Source of the DNA: Macrostomum hystrix
Taxonomy: Eukaryota; Animalia; Platyhelminthes
Assembly (NCBI GenBank): GCA_950097015.1
Contig: CATNEN010000025.1
Span: forward strand, 3,596,001-3,660,000
Direction of reading: 5' to 3'
DNA length: 64,000 bases
Shown: positions 23,801-34,780 of the stretch, piece after piece
Layout of the letters: every line of letters starts with the position of its first letter
Numbering within the stretch: position 1 is the first letter of the stretch
Program-made: the position numbers and the translations under genes
Notes under the pieces: generated by a model
What the model saw: only the letters and a program-made list of their open reading frames with translations
The model's database searches: none
What the model was told of the DNA's origin: nothing

Positions 23801-26800
23801 GCACAGCAGTTCAAACATTATGCTGCTCAGTCCGAGTGGAAACGGAAGATGACCTAACAAGCTTCTGGAAGCTAGAAACTCTAGGAATCACGGATCCACA
23901 CACAAAGCCAGAAGAAAGCTCGTTTGATTGCGCTCCTCGACTATTCGAATCTAGGTATTCCGTTAAGCTACCTTGGAAGCAGCTAGAAGTCACTCGTTCT
24001 CTCGATAATCACTTCGATCTCGCCTTCCGTCGCCTTCGTTCAACAATGCAACGTTTGAATAAGTTTCCTGAGCTCCTGAAGAAGTACAGGGACATCATTG
24101 AAGAGCAGGAACAGGCCGGCATCATTGAGAGAGTTCCGTCTGACGACTTATGCAAACCATTGACTTCGGTCCATTACCTGCCGCATTCTTACGTCGTGAA
24201 GTCGAACAGTGAATTCACAAAACTCAGAGTTGTCTACGATGGATCCGCCAAGCTGCACAAAGATGATCTGTCCATCAACGATCTTCTGCAAGTGGGACCA
24301 ACAGAGTTCCCCCAAATTCCAGCTCTATTAATCCGATTCCGGTGGCATCCGATTGCAATCCTAGCCGATATCGAGAAGGCTTTTCTGCAAGTCGGAATCG
24401 AACTTGAAGATCGCGACTTCTTGCGCTTCCTGTGGGTCCAGTCAAGGGATTCGGAACCAAATCACAATCAGCTGATTCACTACCGTTTCTGCAGAGTCCC
24501 ATTCGGATTGACCTGCTCGCCAGCTCTTTTGAAGGTCACCATCCTTCAACATCTCAAGAATCACCAAGCCGCCTTCGTCAAAAGCGCTGAAATTCTCTCT
24601 CGCGACATGTACGTCGATAATCTCGTAACAAGCTGCGACACTGTAAAGGCTGCTACTACTCTCTACCACGATGCTCAAGAGCTGTTTCGACTGGCCGGTA
24701 TGAATATTAGACAATGGCAATCTAACTCTGAAGAGTTCCTATCCATCCTGCCACCAGACGGTGTCGGTCATGCTGAGAAGGTGCTTGGTCTGACGTGGGA
24801 CTGCAAAAGAGACATGCTTCTACTCGATTTTCGTTGTTGTGCTGAAGCCACACTACGCGTTGCAACATCCAAACGCTCCATGCTCGCTTTCTTAGCTAAA
24901 CTCTACGATCCTCTCGGCCTCATCTCGCCAGCTATGACTGTCGTCAAGTCCCTACTGCAACAGCTGCAAATTAGGAAAGTCTCCTGGGATGAAACTATTC
25001 CGATGGACATTCAGGAAGTGTGGACACAATGGCTCCGCTCCCTCGCATCATTCTACCTAGAAGTCCCTCGCTACTTATTTTTACCGTCTCAGAGTCCGCT
25101 TCGCATTGAGCTTCATGGGTTCTGTGACGCCAGTGAGAAAGCGTTTGCTGCCTGTATCTACACAGTAGCTTTCTACTCGGAGGACAAAACTTCCTCCAGA
25201 CTCTTACTATCTAAGACTCGCGTAGCACCAATATCGACACTGTCAATCTCCAGACTGGAACTTCTAGGGGCTCTGATTTTGTCTCGCCTGATGGGCCACG
25301 TAACTCAGCAGTATCCTAACGTCTGTAGACACTTTTGGACAGACAGCATGAACACACTACACTGGATCAGGAATGAGAACAAGCAAAGGAAGCTCTTTGT
25401 GCAAAATAGGGTCAGTGAGATCCGACGACTTTCATCACCGTTTGAGTGGCATCACGTTGCGGGCGATGACAATCCGGCCGATTTGCCGTCACGAGGATGT
25501 CTGCCCGAAAAACTTCAAAGTGATGACAGATGGCTTCGAGGACCAGAATTTCTGACTTCGGTTGATCTACCAGAGATACTGGAACGACAGAAAAAGGAGC
25601 TGTCCCTTGCTGTCACTTGCGTTACACCTGATGTCAGCCATCAATTATTCGTCTCGTCAACAGCAGAACATCCAAATACGACTGACACATCATTACTATC
25701 TATTGAAGCAGTTATTGATCCATCTCAGTTTTCGAGTTGGAAGAAGTTGATTCGAGTTTCAGCCTGGGTTCGAAGGTTTATCAGCAATGTCCGCGCTTCA
25801 CTCAATCAAGAGGAAAGTTGCATGCTACCATCGATCACAGCAAATGAGTGGCGTGATTCCGAACGTATCTGGCTTCTGAGTAGTCAGCGAAGGAACTTTT
25901 CTCCAGAAATCGAACACTTACGTCACCAGACTACAGCTACATCGGTCAATAAAAATTTGAACCTCTTCTTGGACGATAATGGCCTCCTTCGCTGCCGAGG
26001 TCGCCTGTCCACCGACTTTCAATTCGAGACTAACAATCCAATTCTATTACCGCGTCATACTCAAATCGAACAGCTGATCATTACTCACTGTCACGAAGCT
26101 GTTTGCCATGGTGGAGTTGGAGACACACTCAGTAAGATCCGAGAAAAGTACTGGGTATTAAAAGGTCGTCAGCGTGTGAAACAGGAACTAAAGCACTGCG
26201 TCATCTGCAAGAAAGTCCAAGGTCTTCCCTTTTCCGTGGCCAAGACTCCGCCTCTACCTGGCTTTCGTCTGTCTGACATCCGTGCGTTTCAGACTGTCGG
26301 CCTCGATCTTGCAGGACCACTGTATTATCGTGCGCACAATGCTCAAGAAGGACTGAAGGCATACATCCTGTTGTTCACCTGCTCCTCAACCCGAGCCATA
26401 CATTTAGAGACTCTCTCTGACATGACGACGCCTCAGTTTATCAACGGTCTGCGCCGCTTCGTTGCCAGGAGAGGTCTCCCTTCGATAATCAGTGACAACG
26501 CGCGAACTTTCACATCCGCAGCTAAGCTCCTCGACATCCGTGTCAACGACGAGATACAAAACTTCTGCAACTCCAGAGGCATATCTTGGTCCTTCATCCC
26601 TGCCAAAGCTCCTTGGTGGGGTGGCTTCTGGGAGCGCTTGGTCAAATCCGTCAAGCTCGCGCTTCGAAAAACACTAAATCGCTTACTGCTAACGTTGGAC
26701 CAGCTGTCAACTGTGATCATTGAAGTCGAAGCGATCATTAACAGCCGTCCTCTGCTGTATGTCCCATCAGACGACATTGATGAAATAATTACTCCGTCAC

Positions 26801-27850
26801 ATTTTCTGACTCTTCGAAGACTCACAAAAGAACCTGATTCACCGAATGAAGTCGTACTGCCACTCCCTAAACGTTTAAGCTTGCATCGCGCGGCTCTGAC
26901 TCACTTCTGGAAAGTCTGGAGAGACGTCTACGCTACAGCGTTAAGAGAGAGATCTGCAATCGTCTGCAAAGGTTCTCGTGAACCGGTGATCGGCGAAGTG
27001 GTGCTGGTAGAAGGTGAGCGTCACCAGTCTCGGCTGAAGTGGAAGCTAGGTGTCGTTGAGTCGTTGTCTCGTGGTCGCGATGGTGTGTGTCGATCGGCAT
27101 TGGTTCGCCTTGCACGGATTGCCGATTCCCGAAGGGCAGAGCGCATTAGACGCCCGGTTCAGGCCTTGGTTCCCCTGGAGTTCTCTGAGTGATCTCACCT
27201 CAGTTTTTTCTTTTTTTTTCGTTATCTCAATTATAAAAGTCGAGCGTAATTTCAAAATTCACTACTTAAGATATTTTTTTTCATCATCTAAACGTTTGCA
27301 CTCTAAGAATGTTCAATGTCGATGCGGTTTCGAAAGTTTTTGCTTGAAAATTTATTGTCATTAATTTATTCGTTTCCAATTCATTATCGTCAATTTTGGT
27401 ATTTTTTCGGGGGAGGATGATATACTGTTAAAGTTATTGCCTTTCTTTCATTCGCGCGACTTACGAGTAACTAATCAATTACCTGTCACCTGTCATCTAT
27501 TCGTTTTTTTCGGGGGAGTGTCGCTAAATTATCATGAAGTGCGCCTGCACTGGACCCCCTCATGCATTACTCGTATCTTCGCTGCCTGCCCACCTTTTCT
27601 CTAATGTACGCCTCAACCCCCCCGTGTTCGCCACCCCCTCTCGATCGCTCGTCTCTTATCTTTCTCTCCACAATGTACGCTCAGCTCCCCCATTGTTATC
27701 TCGCTATAATAAAATCAATAAAATTGGTTACGAGACTTCTGGCTATATATTCTTGACCCGCTGGCTCTCGGACCGCCGCAAGGATTTCTAATCGCACCAA
27801 CAACCAACCATTATTTAAGCCTCACTTAAATTTACGTGTAAGTCACAACA
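20847..27850 (+). mobile_element. BEL/Pao LTR retrotransposon, intact, nested in Gypsy pol
   Basis: Apparently identical 332-bp LTRs (20847-21178, 27519-27850); 5-bp TSD GGTCA; PBS TGGCGCCCAA at 21179; PPT GGGGGAG before the 3' LTR; single long ORF. Confidence 0.97.
21727..27192 (+). CDS. BEL/Pao Gag-Pol polyprotein (1821 aa from the first ATG)
   Basis: Gag core (PTFHGTVATWQTFWDQF), Cys-His knuckles, protease LLDTGS, RT (DIEKAFLQV, YVDN), RNase H (FCDAS), integrase (GLDLAGP, SDNA, WERLV) and C-terminal WKLGVV motif; no stop codons. Confidence 0.96.
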   Translation: MSLSKEEISELVRRRAVVRSSITKAIGKAEALLDKSGKSTAKTLAEADSLLEILKAKMNQLEKMDEELEFGIPDETLDEEQDSIQEYSLKCRQTIKLLEGFSSKYQLDTRTSPALGQKSTEPNIRLPKRQIPTFHGTVATWQTFWDQFSSSIDSNNSLSDIDKFNYLLDCLSDSARSCIRGFSVTSSNYRAAVSTLKDRYGKPEIIIRDLMTQLSDLQLVDTTLIGLQRFHDDVAAITQNLSNQGVSSSSYEALLLPSLLRRCPAELRLELHRSANLAGNEIDSIEALLECLQNEINLREAAGMTASQKLRPRDFEKGTNASTIPKLASASTLVSDKTTALPSRQIQTDFRPAASVKVFCTYCGSAHISEKCPTMASVTSRMNFLKKTDRCFKCLRTGHLSKACSDRRCCRICSGNHHSSICTATTDQSNTKVGPITKSKNPPQVLSRKDRCLTVSSQPSSQDDHHKDHPNITNIADETTHSTTCLTRTDSNLTNQQQQAVLPMFIMRNPTVVLPVAKAILLSSGGERELMVRMLLDTGSNRTYIREDVCQLLGLQSTNSERLQISAFSGHTSVVDSGKVTLTLRKIDSPQVIRLDASIVKDICQPQRSVMVTSYEHLGGLDLADPYDPRDATTPISILVGSDQYYQIVTGNVVRGASGPVAMETKLGFVLCGPLTVDCLTKEYDQSDNAACTAVQTLCCSVRVETEDDLTSFWKLETLGITDPHTKPEESSFDCAPRLFESRYSVKLPWKQLEVTRSLDNHFDLAFRRLRSTMQRLNKFPELLKKYRDIIEEQEQAGIIERVPSDDLCKPLTSVHYLPHSYVVKSNSEFTKLRVVYDGSAKLHKDDLSINDLLQVGPTEFPQIPALLIRFRWHPIAILADIEKAFLQVGIELEDRDFLRFLWVQSRDSEPNHNQLIHYRFCRVPFGLTCSPALLKVTILQHLKNHQAAFVKSAEILSRDMYVDNLVTSCDTVKAATTLYHDAQELFRLAGMNIRQWQSNSEEFLSILPPDGVGHAEKVLGLTWDCKRDMLLLDFRCCAEATLRVATSKRSMLAFLAKLYDPLGLISPAMTVVKSLLQQLQIRKVSWDETIPMDIQEVWTQWLRSLASFYLEVPRYLFLPSQSPLRIELHGFCDASEKAFAACIYTVAFYSEDKTSSRLLLSKTRVAPISTLSISRLELLGALILSRLMGHVTQQYPNVCRHFWTDSMNTLHWIRNENKQRKLFVQNRVSEIRRLSSPFEWHHVAGDDNPADLPSRGCLPEKLQSDDRWLRGPEFLTSVDLPEILERQKKELSLAVTCVTPDVSHQLFVSSTAEHPNTTDTSLLSIEAVIDPSQFSSWKKLIRVSAWVRRFISNVRASLNQEESCMLPSITANEWRDSERIWLLSSQRRNFSPEIEHLRHQTTATSVNKNLNLFLDDNGLLRCRGRLSTDFQFETNNPILLPRHTQIEQLIITHCHEAVCHGGVGDTLSKIREKYWVLKGRQRVKQELKHCVICKKVQGLPFSVAKTPPLPGFRLSDIRAFQTVGLDLAGPLYYRAHNAQEGLKAYILLFTCSSTRAIHLETLSDMTTPQFINGLRRFVARRGLPSIISDNARTFTSAAKLLDIRVNDEIQNFCNSRGISWSFIPAKAPWWGGFWERLVKSVKLALRKTLNRLLLTLDQLSTVIIEVEAIINSRPLLYVPSDDIDEIITPSHFLTLRRLTKEPDSPNEVVLPLPKRLSLHRAALTHFWKVWRDVYATALRERSAIVCKGSREPVIGEVVLVEGERHQSRLKWKLGVVESLSRGRDGVCRSALVRLARIADSRRAERIRRPVQALVPLEFSE

Positions 27851-27855
27851 GGTCA

Positions 27856-30800
27856 GCATTGGACCAGATCTCTCCGAAGATCAGAGAAAATCGGTAATCG
27901 ATTTGATGAAGGAACACCGCGAAGCATTCTCCCAGCATGAACTAGACATGGGTCTAACTCATCTAGTCACACATGAAATCTCTCTGAAAGATGAGACACC
28001 TGTTCGAATCCCCACGAGAAGGATTCCTCCCCATCTTCAGAAACAGGTTGACGCGCAGCTGGATGATATGCTAGCCAAGAACTTAATCCGACCTTGCTAT
28101 TCAACTTATTCCACCCCATTAGTAATAGTGCCAAAGAAGGACGGAACGATTAGAATAGTTAGCGATTTCAGAGTGTTAAATTCTCGAGTTAATTACGTGC
28201 CGTATCCGTTACCTAATATTCATCAGACTTTTTCTTATCTATCAGGAAGCCAATATTTTAGCAGTTTAGATTTGAATTCCGGATACTGGCAAGTACCCAT
28301 TAAGGAAGAGCATAAATTTATGACCGCATTTTCCACACTAACTAGAGGCCAATTCGAGTATGAAGTTATGGCCCAAGGTCTTTCTAATGCTCCAGGCACT
28401 TTTCAGCGATTAATGAACCTAGTATTATTAGGCATCCAGCATAAATTTGCGATGTCCTATATTGACGATATTGTCACCTATTCGAAAACTTTTGCCGATC
28501 ATCTGGCACATTTAAAGGAAGTATTCCAAAGGCTAATTACAGCAGGCTTGAAGCTAAGACCGAAGAAATGTAATTTGTTCCATCGAGAGTTAAAATATCT
28601 TGGTCACGTGATCAGTACGGAAGGAATCCGCACAGATGAGTCCAAGATAGAGGCTATTAGAACTTGGCCGAAGCCGAAAGATGTAAAAGAGTTGAGAAGC
28701 TTTCTCGGTCTGTGCAATTATTATAGCCGTTTTGTGAAAAATTATGCCGAAGTAGCACACCCCTTATTCCAACTTACCCGGAAAAATGTGCAGAATTTCC
28801 GTGATAAATGGAGCGTGTTGCACGATCAGGCATTTGAGGCTTTGAAGACCCGAATGATGTCTACTGAAGTGTTAGCATACCCGGAGTTTGTGGATGACGA
28901 AAAAGTACGGATGGTGTTGGATACAGATGCCAGTGACGGACGAATTGGGGCCTGTCTAGGCCAGATTCAGTCAGATGGCGTGGAAAGACCCATCGCGTAT
29001 TTTAGTCGCGCCATGAAAGAATCCGAAAAGAGGTACCCCATCACCCGAAAAGAACTGCTAGCCCTAGTAGATGCCATGAAGCATTTTCGATTTTACCTGC
29101 TAGGAAAGAAATTCTTAGCCAGAACAGATCATAAGGCAATCATTTGGCTTTTGAGACAAACAGAAGCACAAGGTATTTTAGGAAGATGGATAGAAAGACT
29201 AAACGAGTTTCAATTTGACATTGAACATCGTAAAGGCAGTTCCCACCAGAATGCTGATAGTCTATCTAGAAGACCCGCTGAAGAGATGGAAGAAGTCGGA
29301 GAGCCCGCGGAAGGGAGAAACAGCGTGTGTGCAGAAGCTGGTCAGAAGGCAAGGACCAAGGACAGTGCTGAGTGCCTGACCCGGTCGCCAACTGTCCCAA
29401 CTGAAGGAGAAATCCCGACCCCAGATCCCAACTGCCGGATCGAGTCACAGATTTCAGGAATTGAGAAGGGAGAAGAACAATGTGTTCAATGTGATTCCTG
29501 CAATTCGCAATTGAATCCGAGCGCAGAGGTATTCTACCCTAATTCAGAGAATGAGACGCGAGGATTAAGAGAGAGCAGATGTGATAAGCTGTTGACAGAC
29601 TATTTGCCCACCCCGCTTAAGCGCGAGCAAATTTTAGAAGCCCAACGTGCAGACCCCGCGATCCAAACCCTAAGGGAATGGAAGCGCGAAGGCCTAGCCA
29701 AACCCCCATTGCCGAGTGACGCAAGCCCCGAATTGAAGCAATTGAGTAAATCATTTGAAGCCATGAGTATTGAGAAGGAGTTGTTAGTAATTAAGGAGGA
29801 AGGTGAATGGAAAGTTGTTTTGCCCAAGTCCGTGGACAAGCTAGCATTTAGCGATCTACATGAGAGCCCGCTAGCAGGACACCTGGGTAGAGACAAAACC
29901 ATTCAAAGGATGAAGCAGAGATTCTGGAGACCTGGATTGGTCACTTCAATTGAAGGATTGATTGCCCAGTGTATCCCCTGCCTTGAGAGTAAGAAAGGTC
30001 ATTACATCCAAGCCCCTATTCAGTCATTCCCAGTCAATGAGCCGTTTTTCCGTCTTCACATTGATCTAATTGGACCCGTATCTAAGGAGAGTAGGAGAGG
30101 GCACCGGTACGTGTTAACTGTAGTAGACAGCACTACCAAATATCCCTTCGCTTTCCCGGTCCGTAACCAAAAATCAGACACCGTAATAAAATTACTGCAG
30201 GAGAGAGTATTTTCAGAATATGGCCAATGTCATTGGATCCATACAGATAATGGAAAAACTTTCACCAGCAAGCAATTTAAAGCGTTCTGCGATCTGTACA
30301 ATGTCAAGCACACTTTTACAACCCCCTATCATGCCCAAAGCAACGGTCTAGTGGAACGATTCAATAAGCAGATTAAGTCGATCATCACTTGCTTGATTGA
30401 AAAGGACCACAATGACTGGGATCTGATGATTCCCGCCGCTTTGGTAGCTGTGCGCACAAGTGTGAATAAGACCACTGGTTACAGTCCCCATTTCCTGTTA
30501 TTTGGGAGAGAGGCTGTATTGCCGATTGACAACCAGATCAAAGAATCCAAGTCCTTTGCCGATTACCCGTCCTATGTTTCCAATCATGCCGAAAGATTGA
30601 GAATAGCAGGCGAAATAGTCAAGAGGAAGTTAGAGAAAGTAGTTACTCAGCGAGAAGAAGAGGCCAAGAACAGTAAGCTGCCAAGAGAGATTCCAGTGGG
30701 CAGTTTAGCCTTAATTAACAATCCGCAGTTAGATAGCGAAGAATCTCATAAATTCCATCGCAAGAAGAGATCCGCTTATAGAGTGTTAGAACAATTTTCA

Positions 30801-31400
30801 GATGTAGTGTTCAAAGTTCAGAAGGAGGAAGGAGGTGAATTGACAGGCAATATCCTATTAGTGCATAGGGACAATCTGACTCTAGTGCCGAATTCTAGCA
30901 AGGAAGCAATCATTAAGGGAAGCCACCCCAGCGCCGCGAACAAAGAGAAGGTAGTAGACAAGAAAAAGAAGGAAGGACAATCAGTTAAGGGAAGCCACCC
31001 GAGGAGGAAAACCGAAGAGAAGCAGATAAATCTATCTGACTCCGAATCGGAAGACGAAGAGAGACTCCTGTGGCATTGTGACAGTAGGAGCGAAGATCAT
31101 GAAATCAGAGGAAGCATGTTGGATATTGGAGCCGAAGTGGAGGTGGATGATGTAAGTTGTCAGTCGGACAATGAAAACATCGAAGAAGAAGGAGAAGGCG
31201 AAAGTGCGAACGAGAGCGAAAGTCCCGAGAGTATTAGCGAGGAATCTGTCACCTCAGCCTTAGACCCAGCATGTGAAGACGAGGCGATAGCTCCGCATTC
31301 CTACAACACGCGAAAATGTGTTAAGCCCCCAGCCAGATTCAATGATTATTTGAAAAGACTAACCACAGCGATTACGTGGTTCGGCAGCATAAAATTCTAA
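27856..31400 (+). CDS. pol: Gypsy Pol, 3' part (RT, RNase H, integrase, acidic tail)
   Basis: LDLNSGYWQV, YIDD, DTDAS, RTDH, HHCC zinc finger, HIDLIG/TDNG/VERFN catalytic residues. Removing the BEL element and one TSD rejoins the frame as WIEEV-SIGPDLSEDQRK. Confidence 0.95.
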
Positions 31401-31464
31401 AAGCAAACAAGTCGTTGCGTAATTGGAGGAAGAAAAGGCTACACAATAGACATAAGGGAATTTG

Positions 31465-31600
31465 AGCCAACCAATAGGAATCGTTTTAGGGGAGTAAATT
31501 AGTCAAGCCATCATTGGTCGGTCACCGAGGAAAGTAAAAATCTGTGTTAGCCAATAAAATGTGGGGTGGGACCCCTGTTTCTCACCTATATATAGAAGAC
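31465..31600 (+). promoter_or_regulatory. Putative internal Pol II promoter upstream of Gypsy ORF3
   Basis: CCAAT at 31471 and 31551, reverse CCAAT (ATTGG) at 31513, GGGGTGGG at 31563 and TATATATAG at 31587, about 80 nt before the ATG at 31676. Confidence 0.6.
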
Positions 31601-31675
31601 CCCTGGGAGCAGGAAAGGAGCAATTAAAAAGCTAAAGACACTCGTTCTGAGATTGTACAAACAATTTTCCGTGAC

Positions 31676-32755
31676 ATGGAAGTGGATAAGTTTAACGATC
31701 AGGAATTTGACGAACTCCTGGCAGCGATTACGGTCGACTTGCCATCAGTGAGTTCGGAGAGCGCGAGTCCAACGGAGACTAACTCCGCCAAGGCAGAACC
31801 GCCTGTGGAAAATCAGCCTGAAGCTCCGCTGCGACAGCGCACTGAGCCAAGCTTGGCTGGCAGCCGAGGTCAAGCACGTACTGTGGTGAAGAGGCCGGCC
31901 GCTAAGACCGTCGAGTCGGTTCCGTCTAAGAAGATGCAGCCCACAGTATCTAGACTGCCAGTCCCGGCGTATCCAGCGGCTCGAGAGAATGTCTTGAAGG
32001 CGCAAGTGGCATCCGCTGTGGTTGTACCCGCCACTACTCTAGCTCGTCACCCGCCGAACGCAAGAACATCCATTGTTCTCGCTGCATCAGAAAACAATCC
32101 TGTCAAGAAGCCAGGTCCTCGACCTATTGCTCCGAGGCTGCCACCACAGCCAGTGCAGCAGCAGCCGCAGCCGTTTATGCAGCAGCCGGTGGTGCCGCCC
32201 AAGCGGCCGACGTTGCACAAAATGCGGACCCCGTTTCAACGGCTTGGGCAACAGCATCCTCAGCAGCCTCAGCAGCCGCAGCAGCCGCCGCCGCCGCAGC
32301 AACAGCAGCAGCCGTCGCCGCCGCAGCAACAACAGCCGTCCGCGTCAGCTTCGCCGCAGCCTGAACCTCAGGTAACTGGTGACCAGCCACCTGAAGATGG
32401 ACCCGGAGGTGACTTCCCGGCCGTCATCGGAACCCTGCCTGAGGCTAGGCAGGAACACTACAAACGGTTGGTACAATTGATCAAGAAGTATTTACTGACA
32501 ATCGCGTATGCAAGGCTGGACAGGACGCTTCCGCAGCGTGAAAGAGTCCGCCCGGTCCTGCGAGTATTGAATACGGAGTTCGGTGAGCTCTATGCCATCG
32601 CCGCCTGGCGCCGTGCGATCCAATACGCTAAGCACTCCATCACAAGTAATCCATATGACTTTAATCGCGTACTTTTAAATATTGAGGTCAGATGGGCTGG
32701 CAATGTAGTTGGTTGGCCACGCCATCAATCTATTCCTATGTCAGCTCAATTTTAA
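31676..32755 (+). CDS. Gypsy accessory ORF3 (359 aa), function unknown, not env-like
   Basis: ATG-started, GC-rich ORF between pol and the 3' LTR: acidic N-terminus, P/Q-rich middle and an ~110-aa ordered-looking C-terminus; no signal peptide or transmembrane stretch visible. Confidence 0.8.
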   Translation: MEVDKFNDQEFDELLAAITVDLPSVSSESASPTETNSAKAEPPVENQPEAPLRQRTEPSLAGSRGQARTVVKRPAAKTVESVPSKKMQPTVSRLPVPAYPAARENVLKAQVASAVVVPATTLARHPPNARTSIVLAASENNPVKKPGPRPIAPRLPPQPVQQQPQPFMQQPVVPPKRPTLHKMRTPFQRLGQQHPQQPQQPQQPPPPQQQQQPSPPQQQQPSASASPQPEPQVTGDQPPEDGPGGDFPAVIGTLPEARQEHYKRLVQLIKKYLLTIAYARLDRTLPQRERVRPVLRVLNTEFGELYAIAAWRRAIQYAKHSITSNPYDFNRVLLNIEVRWAGNVVGWPRHQSIPMSAQF

Positions 32756-32947
32756 GTGCGATCCATGTTTTAATTTCGCGTTTCCTTTGTGCTTTACTTA
32801 TTGCATTCATGCAATTCCCATTCATGTTGTACTGCGTTCATTTGTCTTTTCTGCATGTTCTTTGTGTAAATGCTTAATGTTTTGTTGTGCTTTTATTGCC
32901 TTAAATTTACTCACTATATTCATAAATTTCAAGTTAGGGAAGCCAAT

Positions 32948-33647
32948 TGTAGTAGTTGCAATTTATGCCGTATTTTTACATTTAAAGTTTTGTATTTCCT
33001 AGAAACGCAGCGTTAACGTAGAATTGAATATTTTGTTTAAATGCCGCTTTTTGTTTTAATCATGTACGTCCGCCACCCCGAAAGAAACCTAATATATACG
33101 AGTGATTTTAGACACGAAAAACCCAACTCGCGTTCCTCCCGCAAGTTCGGAAAGCAAACTGTTTAAAGCAAGTGAATAAAGTTGTTATTATTCTTTTAGT
33201 TAAAGACTACAAGCTGGAAATTGTATGTCATAAGCGAGATTTCGTACTGAAATAAGATATACAGGTTGGATCTGATCCAGACAGTAAAACCCAGAAGGGA
33301 TTAAATTAATGCAGATTTTGCAGAAGGAAATAAAAGGAAACTAAGGGAGTAATTCCAAATAAGAGAGAGAGAGTGTGAGATTGGACACCCTCCGATCCAC
33401 TGGTAGCCTTTGTCGGACTGAACTTAATAAAAGACTGTGTGTCACTAACATAAAATATACATATGAGTTATTCGTGTGAATCAGATTAAAATAGTGTCTT
33501 ACCGCTCGGACACTTGCATGCTATCACAGAGTAAATAACTACTCTAATATAATATTATAAAGTGTTATACTAATTAAAATTGCTAGAGTTTAAAAGCCCT
33601 GTGACCATTTGATAGAATATTAACAAATAAGAAAGGGCCCTCCCACA
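32948..33647 (+). repeat. Gypsy 3' LTR (700 bp)
   Basis: Direct repeat of 17989-18684, followed by the TSD CTAA. Confidence 0.96.
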
Positions 33648-34780
33648 CTAATTCGCTAATACTCTAGGCTGTATCGCTGTTTTCAGATAACAACAAAATT
33701 TGTTGACAACATTATTCGAACGGATCCATATAGATAAACTTGGTTACTATTTGCACGGACCGTGCCGATAATCACTCTCTTAATTTTATAATACCTAGTT
33801 GTCTGGGTTGTTCTAGGAAGATTCATTCTAGGAAAATTTGTCCTTTCATTACAACATGTCACATTATCATATCAGCCTTTGCCAATGTTAAGAAACTATA
33901 GCACTGCAAATATAGAAATCCAACTATAATATCCAAAATTGTGATATTATCATTGCTTTTTTGATAGACGAACAATAGTATTGTCATAATTTTTAATCCT
34001 TTCTGTAGTCAAACCCAAGCAGGTTCATGATAACTGCTAAAGTTAGGCCATAAATTAAGTTTATTTTTTCAGTTTTTTATATATTGTGTATAGCAACTTG
34101 CAATATATGTCAAATACAACATTTTATATACAATAATAAAAATAGTAATTGTTCAACCTTGCTAAAATTAGCTACTGCCTTTGGTGCATCTCTTTAATCC
34201 AAATAAAAAAATTGACAGTTTGTTGTCATGACAATATATATGACATGTGTCACCTCAACTGGGTTATCCTCAAACAAAATGAAAACAGTTTTTTTTTCAT
34301 TTCTCTGGGGTATTATTATCATTGGCTATTGTTGTTGATGATTAAAAAACAGTTTCTTCAAAACATTGAAAAAAAACAATGAAAATTAGCTTAACCTCAA
34401 AGAGTCAAACTATAACTCTGGATTGATCCAAGGACCTCTGATTGAATGTAATCTATTGTATATTCTTTTTAGCATCTTTAAAATTTCTTGGTTAAGCCAA
34501 TGACATATTATAAGTTAGACTTACAATAGACTTCAGTTAAAACATCTTGACTTTAAGTCAGTGAGCTTTAAACTGATGGTTCTTCCAATCCATAGAGTTC
34601 TAGATATCTAACTGTTTTATGTGTTCATGTCAATGAATGAATGGTACATTATTCCTGTTGCATTGTTTTTGTTTCTCTTTTGAAAAATTAAATATTTAAG
34701 TAGCGGACAGTGAGTTTTTTGCAAACTGATAGTTTTAGTTAATTTTTATGCCATTTACAGGGGGCAAGTAGGTCAGCGGC

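Larger units (their letters stand above)
17989..33647 (+). mobile_element. Ty3/Gypsy LTR retrotransposon, full length, interrupted by a BEL/Pao insertion
   Basis: TG..CA LTRs at 17989-18684 and 32948-33647; 4-bp TSD CTAA on both sides; PBS TGGTGACAGCGGTG at 18688 (tRNA-Leu-like); gag, pol (PR-RT-RH-IN) and an extra ORF3. Confidence 0.97.

Noticed and set aside
24607-24621. YVDN instead of YxDD as evidence that the BEL RT is dead
   Set aside because: YVDN is a known natural variant in BEL/Pao RTs; the intact ORF and identical LTRs indicate recent transposition.
31676-32755. env gene
   Set aside because: No signal peptide, furin cleavage site, Cys pattern or transmembrane segment is visible.
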